Below, one piece after another: positions 41,179-50,023 of a stretch of DNA of 64,000 nt. The translations under genes were made by a program, and so were the position numbers. The notes beneath the pieces were generated by a model that saw only the letters and a list, made by a program, of their open reading frames with translations, did not search any database and was not told the DNA's origin. The DNA is from Candidatus Saccharimonadota bacterium (GTDB taxonomy: Bacteria > Patescibacteriota > Saccharimonadia > Saccharimonadales > Saccharimonadaceae). Location of the stretch: contig JAFRBI010000006.1 of the NCBI GenBank assembly GCA_017404935.1, forward strand, positions 32,379-96,378, in the 5' to 3' direction. Position 1 is the first letter of the stretch, and every line of letters begins with the position of its first letter.

Positions 41179-41700
41179 ATGGCAATTTCGAAAGATAAAA
41201 AGAACGAATTGGTTGCTGATTTAACTGAGCTTCTTACAAACGCTAAAACTACCGTTTATGCCAAATATCAGGGTTTGACCGTAGCTGAAATTCAAGAGCT
41301 ACGCAAAGCCGCTAGAGAAGCTGGCGTAAAAATCAAGGTAGTTAAAAACCGTTTAGTAAAAGTTGCAATGGGGCAAATTGCTGTCTATAAAGATACCGAT
41401 ACTACTGGTCTTACCGGCCAGCTTTTGTACGCTATCTCTGATTCAGACGAAGTAGCTCCTGCCAAAGTTTTGGCTGAATTTGCCAAAAAACATGATGCTT
41501 TAACTCTTGCTGGTGGTTTTTCTGACGCTGGTAACAGCCTTTCGGAAGACGAAATCAAAGCTCTAGCTAGCTTGCCATCCAAAAACGAGCTTATCGCTCA
41601 GGTGGTGGCACAACTTCTTTCACCAGTTACAGATTCTGTGTCTGGCCTTTCTGGCGGACTTTCCGGAATTGTTTCTGGACTTGAAGCACACGCAAAATAA
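41179..41700 (+). CDS. rplJ: 50S ribosomal protein L10
   Basis: YQGLTV, VVKNRL, LASLPSKNEL. Confidence 0.96.
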   Translation: MAISKDKKNELVADLTELLTNAKTTVYAKYQGLTVAEIQELRKAAREAGVKIKVVKNRLVKVAMGQIAVYKDTDTTGLTGQLLYAISDSDEVAPAKVLAEFAKKHDALTLAGGFSDAGNSLSEDEIKALASLPSKNELIAQVVAQLLSPVTDSVSGLSGGLSGIVSGLEAHAK

Positions 41701-41738
41701 GCAACCATATATTATATATATTATAGAAAGGAAATACT

Positions 41739-42125
41739 ATGGCTACTGATATTAAAAAATTAGCTGAAGAATTGGTAAATCTTACCGTTCTCGAAGTAAA
41801 TGAACTTAAGAATACTCTTAAAGACGAATATGGCATCGAGCCAGCTGCTGCCGCTGTTGCAGTTGCTGCTGGTCCTGCTGCCGGCGCTGATGGTGCCGCT
41901 GCTGACGAAGGCAAGTCTGAATTTGACGTTGTGTTGAAAGACGCAGGCGCACAAAAGATTGCAGTTATCAAAGCTGTAAAAGAAGCTACTGGTCTTGGTC
42001 TTGGTGAAGCAAAAGCTATCGTAGATGGCGCACCTGCAACCGTTAAAGAAAAAGTTGCAAAAGACGAAGCAGAAGCTATGAAGAAAGCTCTCGAAGAAGC
42101 TGGTGCTACTGTAGAATTAGCATAA
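41739..42125 (+). CDS. rplL: 50S ribosomal protein L7/L12
   Basis: AAAAVAVAA hinge, [17 protein letters not shown]. Confidence 0.97.
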   Translation: MATDIKKLAEELVNLTVLEVNELKNTLKDEYGIEPAAAAVAVAAGPAAGADGAAADEGKSEFDVVLKDAGAQKIAVIKAVKEATGLGLGEAKAIVDGAPATVKEKVAKDEAEAMKKALEEAGATVELA

Positions 42126-42148
42126 TCAAATCAAAGTTAGCTAGATTG

Positions 42149-42273
42149 TTATAACACAAGAAATACCCTTCCGAGGACATTTCGGAGCGCGGCAGCGCGA
42201 GAATTAGTGCCGGCCGCCCGTGGCGACGGGCCGGCCGGACACGTGTCCGAGGATGGGTATTTTTGTGTTATAA
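42149..42273 (-). repeat. GC-rich hairpin element in reverse orientation (core 42173-42250) with inverted arms, intergenic after rplL
   Basis: Reverse complement contains cccgtcgccacggg; arms ttataacacaagaaatacccttcc / ggatgggtatttttgtgttataa. Confidence 0.9.
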
Positions 42274-42280
42274 TTATTCT

Positions 42281-43441
42281 ATGAATGACTTTGATTATCT
42301 TAAATCGGGAGATGTGTATTTAGATTGTGCTTGCCAGAGTTTGAGACCTTCGCCTGTGGTAGAAGCCTTAGAAAGATATTACTGTAAACATAATTCTTGT
42401 GGCGAACGCGTGAAATACGAATGGGGCAAAATTACCGATAATTTAGTAGAAGAAACTCGCGAAAAAGTTTTGAAATTTTTAAAACTCCCGCAAAGAAAAT
42501 ATACCACGTCTTTTACGCTTAACACCACTTATGGAATTAATTTAATTTTGTCACAAATCGATCACAGCAAATTTAAAAAAATTATGACTTCTGAAATTGA
42601 GCATAATTCACCATTTTTGGCGTCGATGGCATTTTCTAAAAGAACTGGACTCCCTCGCGAAGTAATGAAAAGAAATGACGATGGTTCGATTCCGATTTTT
42701 GATTATGATTTTGAAAAAGCTATCGTCGTAGTAAACTGCGCTTCAAACTTTGATGGCAGAAAACTTTTAAATCTCAAAGAACTGACTAAGGCCGTGCACA
42801 AAGCTGGCGGAATTATCATCATTGATGCAGCGCAAGCTATGGCACATTCGTCTGACATTTTAAAAGGCGTGGAAGTAGATGCAATTTGTTTTTCAGCACA
42901 CAAAATGTATGCACCTTCGCTTGGTGTAATTGTTTGGCGAGATGATTTAGATAAAGTTTTGCTTCCTTTGTGGCTTGGTGGGGGAATGGTAGATGATGTA
43001 GAAAAAGAAAAATTTAAATTATCTGCCGAAAATAAAGAGCATCGCTACACTAGATTTGAATCGGGGCTTCAAGCTTGGGGTGAAATTATCGCACTTGGAA
43101 AAGCCATTGAATGGCAAGAAAAATTACCAAAATCGGCTTGGCAAAATCTAGAAAAAAATACTCAGGAATTATTTGATTTTCTTAATGGGTCTTCTAAAGT
43201 TCATTTAATTAACAAAGAACCAAACCCTACTATGTCATTTTATGTGGAAGGCGTAGATTCGCATCTCCTTGGTGAAGCGCTCTCGCGCGAGGGAATTATG
43301 GCAAGAACTGGTTATTTCTGCGTGCATTATTATTTGGACCACGTGCTTCATTTGCCACCTTTGGTTCGCTTTTCTTTAGGGCTTCACACTCGTCCAGAAG
43401 ATATTGAAAAAGTTAAAAAGCTTATGGAAAAAGTGATATAA
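42281..43441 (+). CDS. class V PLP aminotransferase / SufS-like cysteine desulfurase
   Basis: YLDCACQS, IDAAQ, FSAHKM, RFESG, ARTGYFCVH. Confidence 0.85.
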   Translation: MNDFDYLKSGDVYLDCACQSLRPSPVVEALERYYCKHNSCGERVKYEWGKITDNLVEETREKVLKFLKLPQRKYTTSFTLNTTYGINLILSQIDHSKFKKIMTSEIEHNSPFLASMAFSKRTGLPREVMKRNDDGSIPIFDYDFEKAIVVVNCASNFDGRKLLNLKELTKAVHKAGGIIIIDAAQAMAHSSDILKGVEVDAICFSAHKMYAPSLGVIVWRDDLDKVLLPLWLGGGMVDDVEKEKFKLSAENKEHRYTRFESGLQAWGEIIALGKAIEWQEKLPKSAWQNLEKNTQELFDFLNGSSKVHLINKEPNPTMSFYVEGVDSHLLGEALSREGIMARTGYFCVHYYLDHVLHLPPLVRFSLGLHTRPEDIEKVKKLMEKVI

Positions 43442-43451
43442 TATATATATT

Positions 43452-44501
43452 ATGGTGTGTATAGCTGCATTTATTATCTTGGCCTTAATTGGGCTTTTTG
43501 TGGGGATTGTTTCTATTTTTAAACCAAAAGTAGGAAAAAGTTATCTTAAAATGTTTAAAAAAGCGTGGGGGTGTTTATGGAAAAAAGTGCGCCTTCAAAA
43601 ATGCGAAACCGGTTTTAAGGAAGACGTCAAAAACACTTTGCTTTCTCGCGTAATTATTAAACATCCAAAATGGACCAAGCCTTTGTCTATTTTGATTGAA
43701 GTTTTGTCGGTGATTATTGTGATTGTTGCAGTATGGGCGCTTCTTACTGCTATAAAATCTTTGCTTGCACTTTGGGCGCTGGACTCTTGTAATGTCACTA
43801 CGCCTTCGGCTTGTTCGCTGGGCTCAGAAGTTTGCTCAATTGACGAATCTGAGCCAAAAACTCCAATTGAAGCGTTTGGTCGCTGGTTTACTGAATGGGG
43901 CGAAATCTTTGAAGCAATTCCTGAAAAATTCAAAACTTATAATGCTGCAGATTACGGATTTAATTACATTAATGCCAACCCAGGGATTGGTGCAGACAAA
44001 CCTGCTGCAGTAGATATTTTGGACCCAGGTTGCTCAGTATGTATGATTTCTTATCGCGAGCAAAAAGAATCTGGTTTCTTTGACAATTATGACGTCCATA
44101 TTGTTCCTTATGCCATTCCAAATGCAGACGGTGGTTTTAAATTTAAAAACTCCGAAATAGTTGTTAAATATATGTTTGCAGCTGAGCAAATTCGTTCTGG
44201 GCTTGCAGTGTCGATTCTAGATCATATTTTCACAAAAAAGAGTGAAGATGGCAGATACTATCAAGATTTATTTAATGATGATTATTCTAAAGAAGATGCC
44301 ATTAAACAAATTGAAAAGTGCTTGTCCGAGGAAAATATTAATGAGAGTGGAATTTCTGAGATTCGCAAAATTGTAGATTACCCAGAGACTACTAAAAAGA
44401 TAGCTGAGAACCAAGAAATTGTCGAAAACCAGCTCAAAGTTAAAGGTATTCCGACAATGATTTACGACGGCAAAAAACATACCGGCCTTTATAAAAAGTA
44501 A
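43452..44501 (+). CDS. membrane-anchored thioredoxin/DsbA-fold protein
   Basis: Two TM segments; DPGCSVC (CxxC); GIPT cis-Pro loop. Confidence 0.6.
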   Translation: MVCIAAFIILALIGLFVGIVSIFKPKVGKSYLKMFKKAWGCLWKKVRLQKCETGFKEDVKNTLLSRVIIKHPKWTKPLSILIEVLSVIIVIVAVWALLTAIKSLLALWALDSCNVTTPSACSLGSEVCSIDESEPKTPIEAFGRWFTEWGEIFEAIPEKFKTYNAADYGFNYINANPGIGADKPAAVDILDPGCSVCMISYREQKESGFFDNYDVHIVPYAIPNADGGFKFKNSEIVVKYMFAAEQIRSGLAVSILDHIFTKKSEDGRYYQDLFNDDYSKEDAIKQIEKCLSEENINESGISEIRKIVDYPETTKKIAENQEIVENQLKVKGIPTMIYDGKKHTGLYKK

Positions 44502-44627
44502 TTTTTACAACGTTTTTTAAGATACTCCTGTTAAATTGGTGGAAAACTTTTGTCTAAAATTTACTTGACTTTGGGGCGAAATAGATATAAGATTATATTA
44601 AATAGTATATAGACAGGATGCGAGGTG

Positions 44628-45146
44628 ATGTCTGAAATACCAGAAAAACAAATAAAAAGATTGCGAAGCTTAATTTCTGAAGCCGAGACAAATTTGGCGG
44701 CCGCAAAAGAATTGTTGGTGTCTGTACTTGGCGATGGCGAGACTATCACTGCGCCAAGAGATTCTATCGTGTCTGGTCCTGATGGCAAAATTATTGAAGG
44801 TATCTTTGATGGTCAAATCATGATTGGGCCTGATGGTAAGAATTACCCAGTTCCAGCTAACTACGCTTCTAAATCCAAGCTTGTTGAAGGCGACATTTTG
44901 AAACTTACTATTACTGATGATGGCAAATTCCTTTACAAGCAAATTGGTCCAGTAGAAAGAAAGACCGTAATTGGCACTTTGATTTCTCACGATGATAAAT
45001 ATTATGTAGAAGTTGCTGGCAAAGAATATCAAATTCTTTATGCATCAGTTACATATTTCCACCTAAAGAATGGTTCGCAGGTTTCTGTGGTAATTCCAGC
45101 CAAAAATGAAGATGCAGCGTGGGCAGCAGTAGAGGCTGCATTGTAA
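44628..45146 (+). CDS. conserved hypothetical protein
   Basis: YPVPANYASKSKLVEGD motif; GAGG RBS; consensus promoter upstream. Confidence 0.75.
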   Translation: MSEIPEKQIKRLRSLISEAETNLAAAKELLVSVLGDGETITAPRDSIVSGPDGKIIEGIFDGQIMIGPDGKNYPVPANYASKSKLVEGDILKLTITDDGKFLYKQIGPVERKTVIGTLISHDDKYYVEVAGKEYQILYASVTYFHLKNGSQVSVVIPAKNEDAAWAAVEAAL

Positions 45147-46226
45147 GTGAAGTCACTATATAGAAAATATCGTCCACTCGGGCTAGATGCTGTGGTGGGG
45201 CAAAATCAAGTAACTGAGCCTCTTTCTAATGCGTTAAAACTTAAAAAAATCTCGCACGCGTATTTATTTACCGGCCCGCGGGGGACGGGGAAGACGTCAG
45301 TTGCTCGGATTTTCGCGCACGAAGTGAATGGTTTTTCATATGAGCTTGAAGACGATTACACTGACATTGTAGAAATTGATGGCGCGTCTAATCGTGGTAT
45401 CGACGACATTCGCGAAATTCGCGAAAAGGCAATGATTAAACCAACGCTTGGCAAATATAAAATCTACATTATTGACGAAGTTCATATGTTGACGCGCGAG
45501 GCTTTTAACGCGCTTCTTAAAACTTTGGAAGAACCACCAGAACACGTAATTTTTATAATGGCGACAACCGACCTTCACAAAGTTCCAGCCACGATTTTGT
45601 CTAGGGCGCAGGTTTATCATTTTAAATTGGTGTCTTCTGATGTGATTTTTGAACATCTTAAAAATATTTGCGAAAAGGAAAAAATTAGAATTGAAGACGA
45701 GGCACTTAAAATTATCGTCCGGCGTGGTGGAGGTTCGTTTAGAGATTCTTTGTCACTGCTTGATCAGATTTCTACTTTATCTTCTGATTTAATTACTGCC
45801 AAAATGGTAGAAGATGCGATTGGGCTTCCAGAAGATGCCAAAATCGACGATTTGTTAGCAGCGTATGCTTCAGTAGATGTTGTAAAAATTACAACAATAT
45901 TAAAAGAAATGTTTGAGTATGGCGTGAGGGTAGAACTCGTGGCTTCGGAAATAATTGAAAGAATCATCGAAAACCCTGAGCCATCATATTTGCCACTTCT
46001 TACAAAACTGCCAGACGTTAAAGAACCGTTTGCTGACGCAAAACTACTTAGCGCAATGATTAGCGTAAATGCAGCTGTGGAAAAAGTTGTTGAAAAACCT
46101 GTTAAAAAGCCTGTGGAAACTCCGATTTTGAAGCCAGAGCCGCCAAAAAAGGCGGTGGCGGCACCTAGCATTTCTGATATAATGGGAGGTGAGGTAAAGA
46201 ATTATGACGGAGGTAACCCATTCTAA
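45147..46226 (+). CDS. dnaX: DNA polymerase III subunit gamma/tau (short)
   Basis: LYRKYRP, GPRGTGKT, EIDGASN, IDEVHML, FNALLKTLEEPP, TILSR. Confidence 0.95.
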   Translation: MKSLYRKYRPLGLDAVVGQNQVTEPLSNALKLKKISHAYLFTGPRGTGKTSVARIFAHEVNGFSYELEDDYTDIVEIDGASNRGIDDIREIREKAMIKPTLGKYKIYIIDEVHMLTREAFNALLKTLEEPPEHVIFIMATTDLHKVPATILSRAQVYHFKLVSSDVIFEHLKNICEKEKIRIEDEALKIIVRRGGGSFRDSLSLLDQISTLSSDLITAKMVEDAIGLPEDAKIDDLLAAYASVDVVKITTILKEMFEYGVRVELVASEIIERIIENPEPSYLPLLTKLPDVKEPFADAKLLSAMISVNAAVEKVVEKPVKKPVETPILKPEPPKKAVAAPSISDIMGGEVKNYDGGNPF

Positions 46227-47568
46227 AACTGACGGTCGTGTGCCGCCACAAGACATCGTAGCAGAGAAGTCGCTGCTTGGCGCGATTATGCTTGATGAAA
46301 ATGTGCTTCCGGAAGTTATTACAGCAGTCCGCCCAAATGATTTTTATGAAGAAAACCACCAGGTGATTTTTGAGGCAATGCAGAATCTTTATGATGAGCA
46401 TAAACCGATTGATCTTTTGACATTAACTAATGAACTAAAAAGCCTTAAAAAATTAAAGCAAATTGGTGGCGCAGCCTATCTTACTGAACTTTCTAATTTT
46501 GTGCCGGCAGCTTCACACGCTAAGGCTTATGCTGATATTGTAAATAAAGCTTCGACACAAAGAAGGCTGATTAAGGCTGGGACCGAAATTATCAACAAAG
46601 CTTATGAAGATGGTGCCGAAATTAACGAGCTCGTGGGTAAAGCCGAGCAAGAACTTTTTGAAGTTTCTGATAATGTAGTAAGAAGCGATTACCAACCGAT
46701 TAACGAACTGCTTGCCGATACATTTGAAAGAATTGAAACTTTGCAAAAAAATAAAGGTGCACTTAGAGGGCTTAAGACTGGCTTTCGTGATATTGATAAA
46801 AAGACTGCTGGGCTTCAGAAGGGTGATCTTATTATCGTAGGCGCAAGACCTGCAATGGGTAAAACTACTTTTGCGCAAAACTTAACTTATAATATTGCTA
46901 GCATCAACAAAAAAGGCGTGTTGTTCTTCTCAATGGAAATGGCGGCGAATGAAATTATTGAGAGAATGATTTCGGACGTTTCGGGTGTAAACAACTGGAA
47001 CATCCGGACAGGGAATGTGTCGGAAGATGAATTTGCTAAAATTGGCGATGCGATGGCCGAATTAAACGAACTACCGATTTATATTGACGATACTAGCTCG
47101 ATGACAATTATGGAGCTCAGAAATAAGGCTCGTCGCGCAATGCACGATCACGACATTGGCATTGTGATTGTAGATTATTTGCAGCTGATTTCTGGTTCGG
47201 ACCGTTATGCTGGCAACCGTGTGCAAGAAGTCACCGAGATTTCGCGTGGGCTTAAAATTCTCGCGCGTGAACTAAATATTCCAGTAGTAGCGCTTGCACA
47301 GCTTTCTCGTAATGTGACTGGTCGCGATAACCCACGTCCAGTTTTGTCTGACCTTAGGGAATCTGGTTCTATCGAGCAGGACGCCGACCTTGTATTGTTT
47401 CTCCATCGTCCAGATTATTATAAACAAAATGATGACAATTACGAGCCAACCCACATTACCGAAATGATAATTGCCAAGCATCGTCACGGCGAAGTAGGGA
47501 AGATTGAACTTTACTTCCACCCAGAGCTACTACGTTTTATGTCGCTTGATAAAACTCGTCAGGAATAG
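46204..47568 (+). CDS. dnaB: replicative DNA helicase
   Basis: ARPAMGKT, FSMEM, VDYLQL, QLSR, RPVLSDLRESGSIEQDAD. Confidence 0.97.
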   Translation: MTEVTHSKTDGRVPPQDIVAEKSLLGAIMLDENVLPEVITAVRPNDFYEENHQVIFEAMQNLYDEHKPIDLLTLTNELKSLKKLKQIGGAAYLTELSNFVPAASHAKAYADIVNKASTQRRLIKAGTEIINKAYEDGAEINELVGKAEQELFEVSDNVVRSDYQPINELLADTFERIETLQKNKGALRGLKTGFRDIDKKTAGLQKGDLIIVGARPAMGKTTFAQNLTYNIASINKKGVLFFSMEMAANEIIERMISDVSGVNNWNIRTGNVSEDEFAKIGDAMAELNELPIYIDDTSSMTIMELRNKARRAMHDHDIGIVIVDYLQLISGSDRYAGNRVQEVTEISRGLKILARELNIPVVALAQLSRNVTGRDNPRPVLSDLRESGSIEQDADLVLFLHRPDYYKQNDDNYEPTHITEMIIAKHRHGEVGKIELYFHPELLRFMSLDKTRQE

Positions 47569-47580
47569 TATAATAAAATA

Positions 47581-49035
47581 GTGAAGAAAATAACTATTTC
47601 TAAGCTTTTTCTATACCGACACAGATTTGTAATTGGGTATATAGTTTTGATGGCAGCGTTTGTAGCGTTACTCTTTACTTTGCCTCTAATTGCACAAGAT
47701 GGGCTTTCTGATGCCGAGATGGAATCGGCCACTTCTTCTTACCATTTGTCGATTTCCGAGGCTTTTGATGGAAGCTTAGTAGATCTTCCGTATCATTTTT
47801 TGCAAAAAGTTTCGATTAAATTTCTGGGGCTAACGCCATATTCTATTAAACTTCCTAGTATAATCATCGGGCTTTTGCTTGGTATTCTTTTGATTTTGCT
47901 TTTGAACCGCTGGTTTAAAAATAATGTGTCGCTACTTTCTTCGTGTCTGGTGGTTCTTTCGACGCCGTTTTTGTTTTTGGCGGGGTCTGGCACACCTCTT
48001 ATTATGTTAGTATTTTGGCCAACACTACTTCTTTGGCTCGGCTCGAAAATTCAGGGCGAAAAAAGACCAAAACCGATGTACTCATTTTTGTTTTCAATTG
48101 CGATGGTGATGGCGCTATTTACACCGTATATGATATATTTTGCGGTGTTTTGCATGTTCTTTGTATTAATTCAGCCACATCTTCGGTTTGTACTCCGAAG
48201 TTTACCGAAACTTCCATTGATGTTGACTGGAATAATTATTTTGGCCGGCTTTGCAGCGCTCGCTATTAATATCATCAACCAGCCTTCGGTAATTATGGAA
48301 CTTATTGCCGTAAAAGATTTTGATATTCATAACTTTATTCCTAATATTGTAAGTGGCTTTACGCCGGTATTTCAATGGTTTGGTGAGTCCAACACAATAT
48401 TCTTGGCACCTCTTATTGGACTTCCGGTTTTGGCATTGGCTCTTACTGGGCTATTTTCTACCACCAAAGGTTTCTTTGCATCCAGAAATTCCATTGCTTC
48501 GCTTTTGATTGTATTTTGTATTGCTATTACCGGCTTAAATCCAAATGCTGTAGTATTTCTAATTTTGCCACTTTCTATTTTGGTGGCACATGGACTCAAA
48601 TATCTGCTAGAAAAATGGTATGGGCTATTTCCAGAAAACCCGTATGCTCGATTGTCAGCATTGGTGCCACTTACGATTTTGTTTGGCATTGTAATTTTGC
48701 CAGGACTACTTCAATATATTTATGGGTATCATTATAATTCTAAGGTAGCTTCAAAATTTGATTATGGGCTTAACATTATTCATCAAAATCTAGCTGATGA
48801 AACTATCGTGGCAGAAAAGAATTACGATTTTTATAAAATTTTGGAAGATTCTACCAAATTAAAAGTAGTGCCCACAGTGGAAGAAACTGATGCAGATGGT
48901 GTGGCAGTGCTTCACGGGCGCACAAATAAAGAAAATTATCATTTATCACGCATAATTACCTCGCCGATGAGCGAAAACTCTGATATAATATATCTATATA
49001 CGAAAAAAGGAGAGCAGAATGGGACAGACATTTGA
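47581..49035 (+). CDS. multi-pass membrane protein, ArnT/PMT (GT-C) glycosyltransferase-like
   Basis: About 11 TM segments; DLPY..., SIKLPSIIIG pattern; periplasmic C-domain. Confidence 0.55.
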   Translation: MKKITISKLFLYRHRFVIGYIVLMAAFVALLFTLPLIAQDGLSDAEMESATSSYHLSISEAFDGSLVDLPYHFLQKVSIKFLGLTPYSIKLPSIIIGLLLGILLILLLNRWFKNNVSLLSSCLVVLSTPFLFLAGSGTPLIMLVFWPTLLLWLGSKIQGEKRPKPMYSFLFSIAMVMALFTPYMIYFAVFCMFFVLIQPHLRFVLRSLPKLPLMLTGIIILAGFAALAINIINQPSVIMELIAVKDFDIHNFIPNIVSGFTPVFQWFGESNTIFLAPLIGLPVLALALTGLFSTTKGFFASRNSIASLLIVFCIAITGLNPNAVVFLILPLSILVAHGLKYLLEKWYGLFPENPYARLSALVPLTILFGIVILPGLLQYIYGYHYNSKVASKFDYGLNIIHQNLADETIVAEKNYDFYKILEDSTKLKVVPTVEETDADGVAVLHGRTNKENYHLSRIITSPMSENSDIIYLYTKKGEQNGTDI

Positions 49036-49315
49036 TCAAATGAAAATGATTAACCAACTAAGAAAAGCTCAAAAAGAGCTTAAAAACGAAATTGTAGAAG
49101 TAGAAGCTGGCGATGGCGCTGTGGTAGTACAAATCACTGGTGAGCTTAAAGTCAAAAAAGTGACAATTGATCCAGAAAAAGTAGATCTTGATGATATCCA
49201 CGAACTTGAACGTTGGATTGAAAACTGTATGAGAGATGGCTTTGCCAAAGCTCAAGAAATTGCTACTGATAAAATGAAGCCTTTAATGGGCGGTCTTTCT
49301 GGTTTAGGACTCTAA
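49019..49315 (+). CDS. ybaB: YbaB/EbfC nucleoid-associated protein
   Basis: EAGDGAVVVQITG...IDPE; between dnaX/dnaB and recR. Confidence 0.9.
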   Translation: MGQTFDQMKMINQLRKAQKELKNEIVEVEAGDGAVVVQITGELKVKKVTIDPEKVDLDDIHELERWIENCMRDGFAKAQEIATDKMKPLMGGLSGLGL

Positions 49316-49322
49316 GGTTTTT

Positions 49323-49928
49323 ATGCTTCCAAAGGCACTTTCTGACGCGATTGAGGCTTTAGGTATGCTTCCTGGTGTTGGCCCAAAAACGGCTGAACGC
49401 TACGCATACTATCTTTTTAAATCTAGCGATAAAGTGTCTTCTGCTATTTCGGAAGCTCTTTCTAATTTACACAAGGGCGTAAAATCTTGCCCGGTGACTT
49501 TTGCTTTGATTGATGCTAATGACAAAGTTTCGCCACTTTACAGCGACCCTACGCGTGATAAAACTACTGTAATGGTGGTAGAAGAACCGTTGGATATCTT
49601 TGCGATTGAGCAAACCAAGTCTTATAAAGGCACTTATCATGTGCTAGGTGGGGCGATTTCGCCGATTGATGGTATTACGCCAGAACAACTACATATTGGC
49701 GAGCTAATCAAACGTGTAAATGACGACAATGTAAAAGAGGTAATTATCGCCACCAACCCTTCGGTAGAGGGCGAATCTACAGCGCTTCTGCTGGAAAAAA
49801 TGCTGCACGAACAAAATCCAAACCTCAAGTTGACTCGCCTTGCGCGCGGGTTGCCACTAGGTGTAGATTTGTCTTATGCGGACCAAATTACACTTAGCGC
49901 AGCATTAGAGAACCGACAGGCACTCTGA
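49323..49928 (+). CDS. recR: recombination mediator RecR
   Basis: LPGVGPKTAER, VVEEP, YHVLGG, ATNPSVEGE, LARGLPLG. Confidence 0.96.
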   Translation: MLPKALSDAIEALGMLPGVGPKTAERYAYYLFKSSDKVSSAISEALSNLHKGVKSCPVTFALIDANDKVSPLYSDPTRDKTTVMVVEEPLDIFAIEQTKSYKGTYHVLGGAISPIDGITPEQLHIGELIKRVNDDNVKEVIIATNPSVEGESTALLLEKMLHEQNPNLKLTRLARGLPLGVDLSYADQITLSAALENRQAL

Positions 49929-50023
49929 GGGGCCGCGTCCGGCCGGCCCGTCGCCACGGGCGGCCGGCGCTTCGCCTCGCGCTGCCGCGCTCCGGAATCC
50001 CCTCAGAGCGCCTGTCGGTTCTC
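49908..50023 (+). repeat. GC-rich hairpin element between convergent recR and ligase; arms are the last 21 nt of both genes
   Basis: gagaaccgacaggcactctga / tcagagcgcctgtcggttctc (20/21). Confidence 0.93.
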
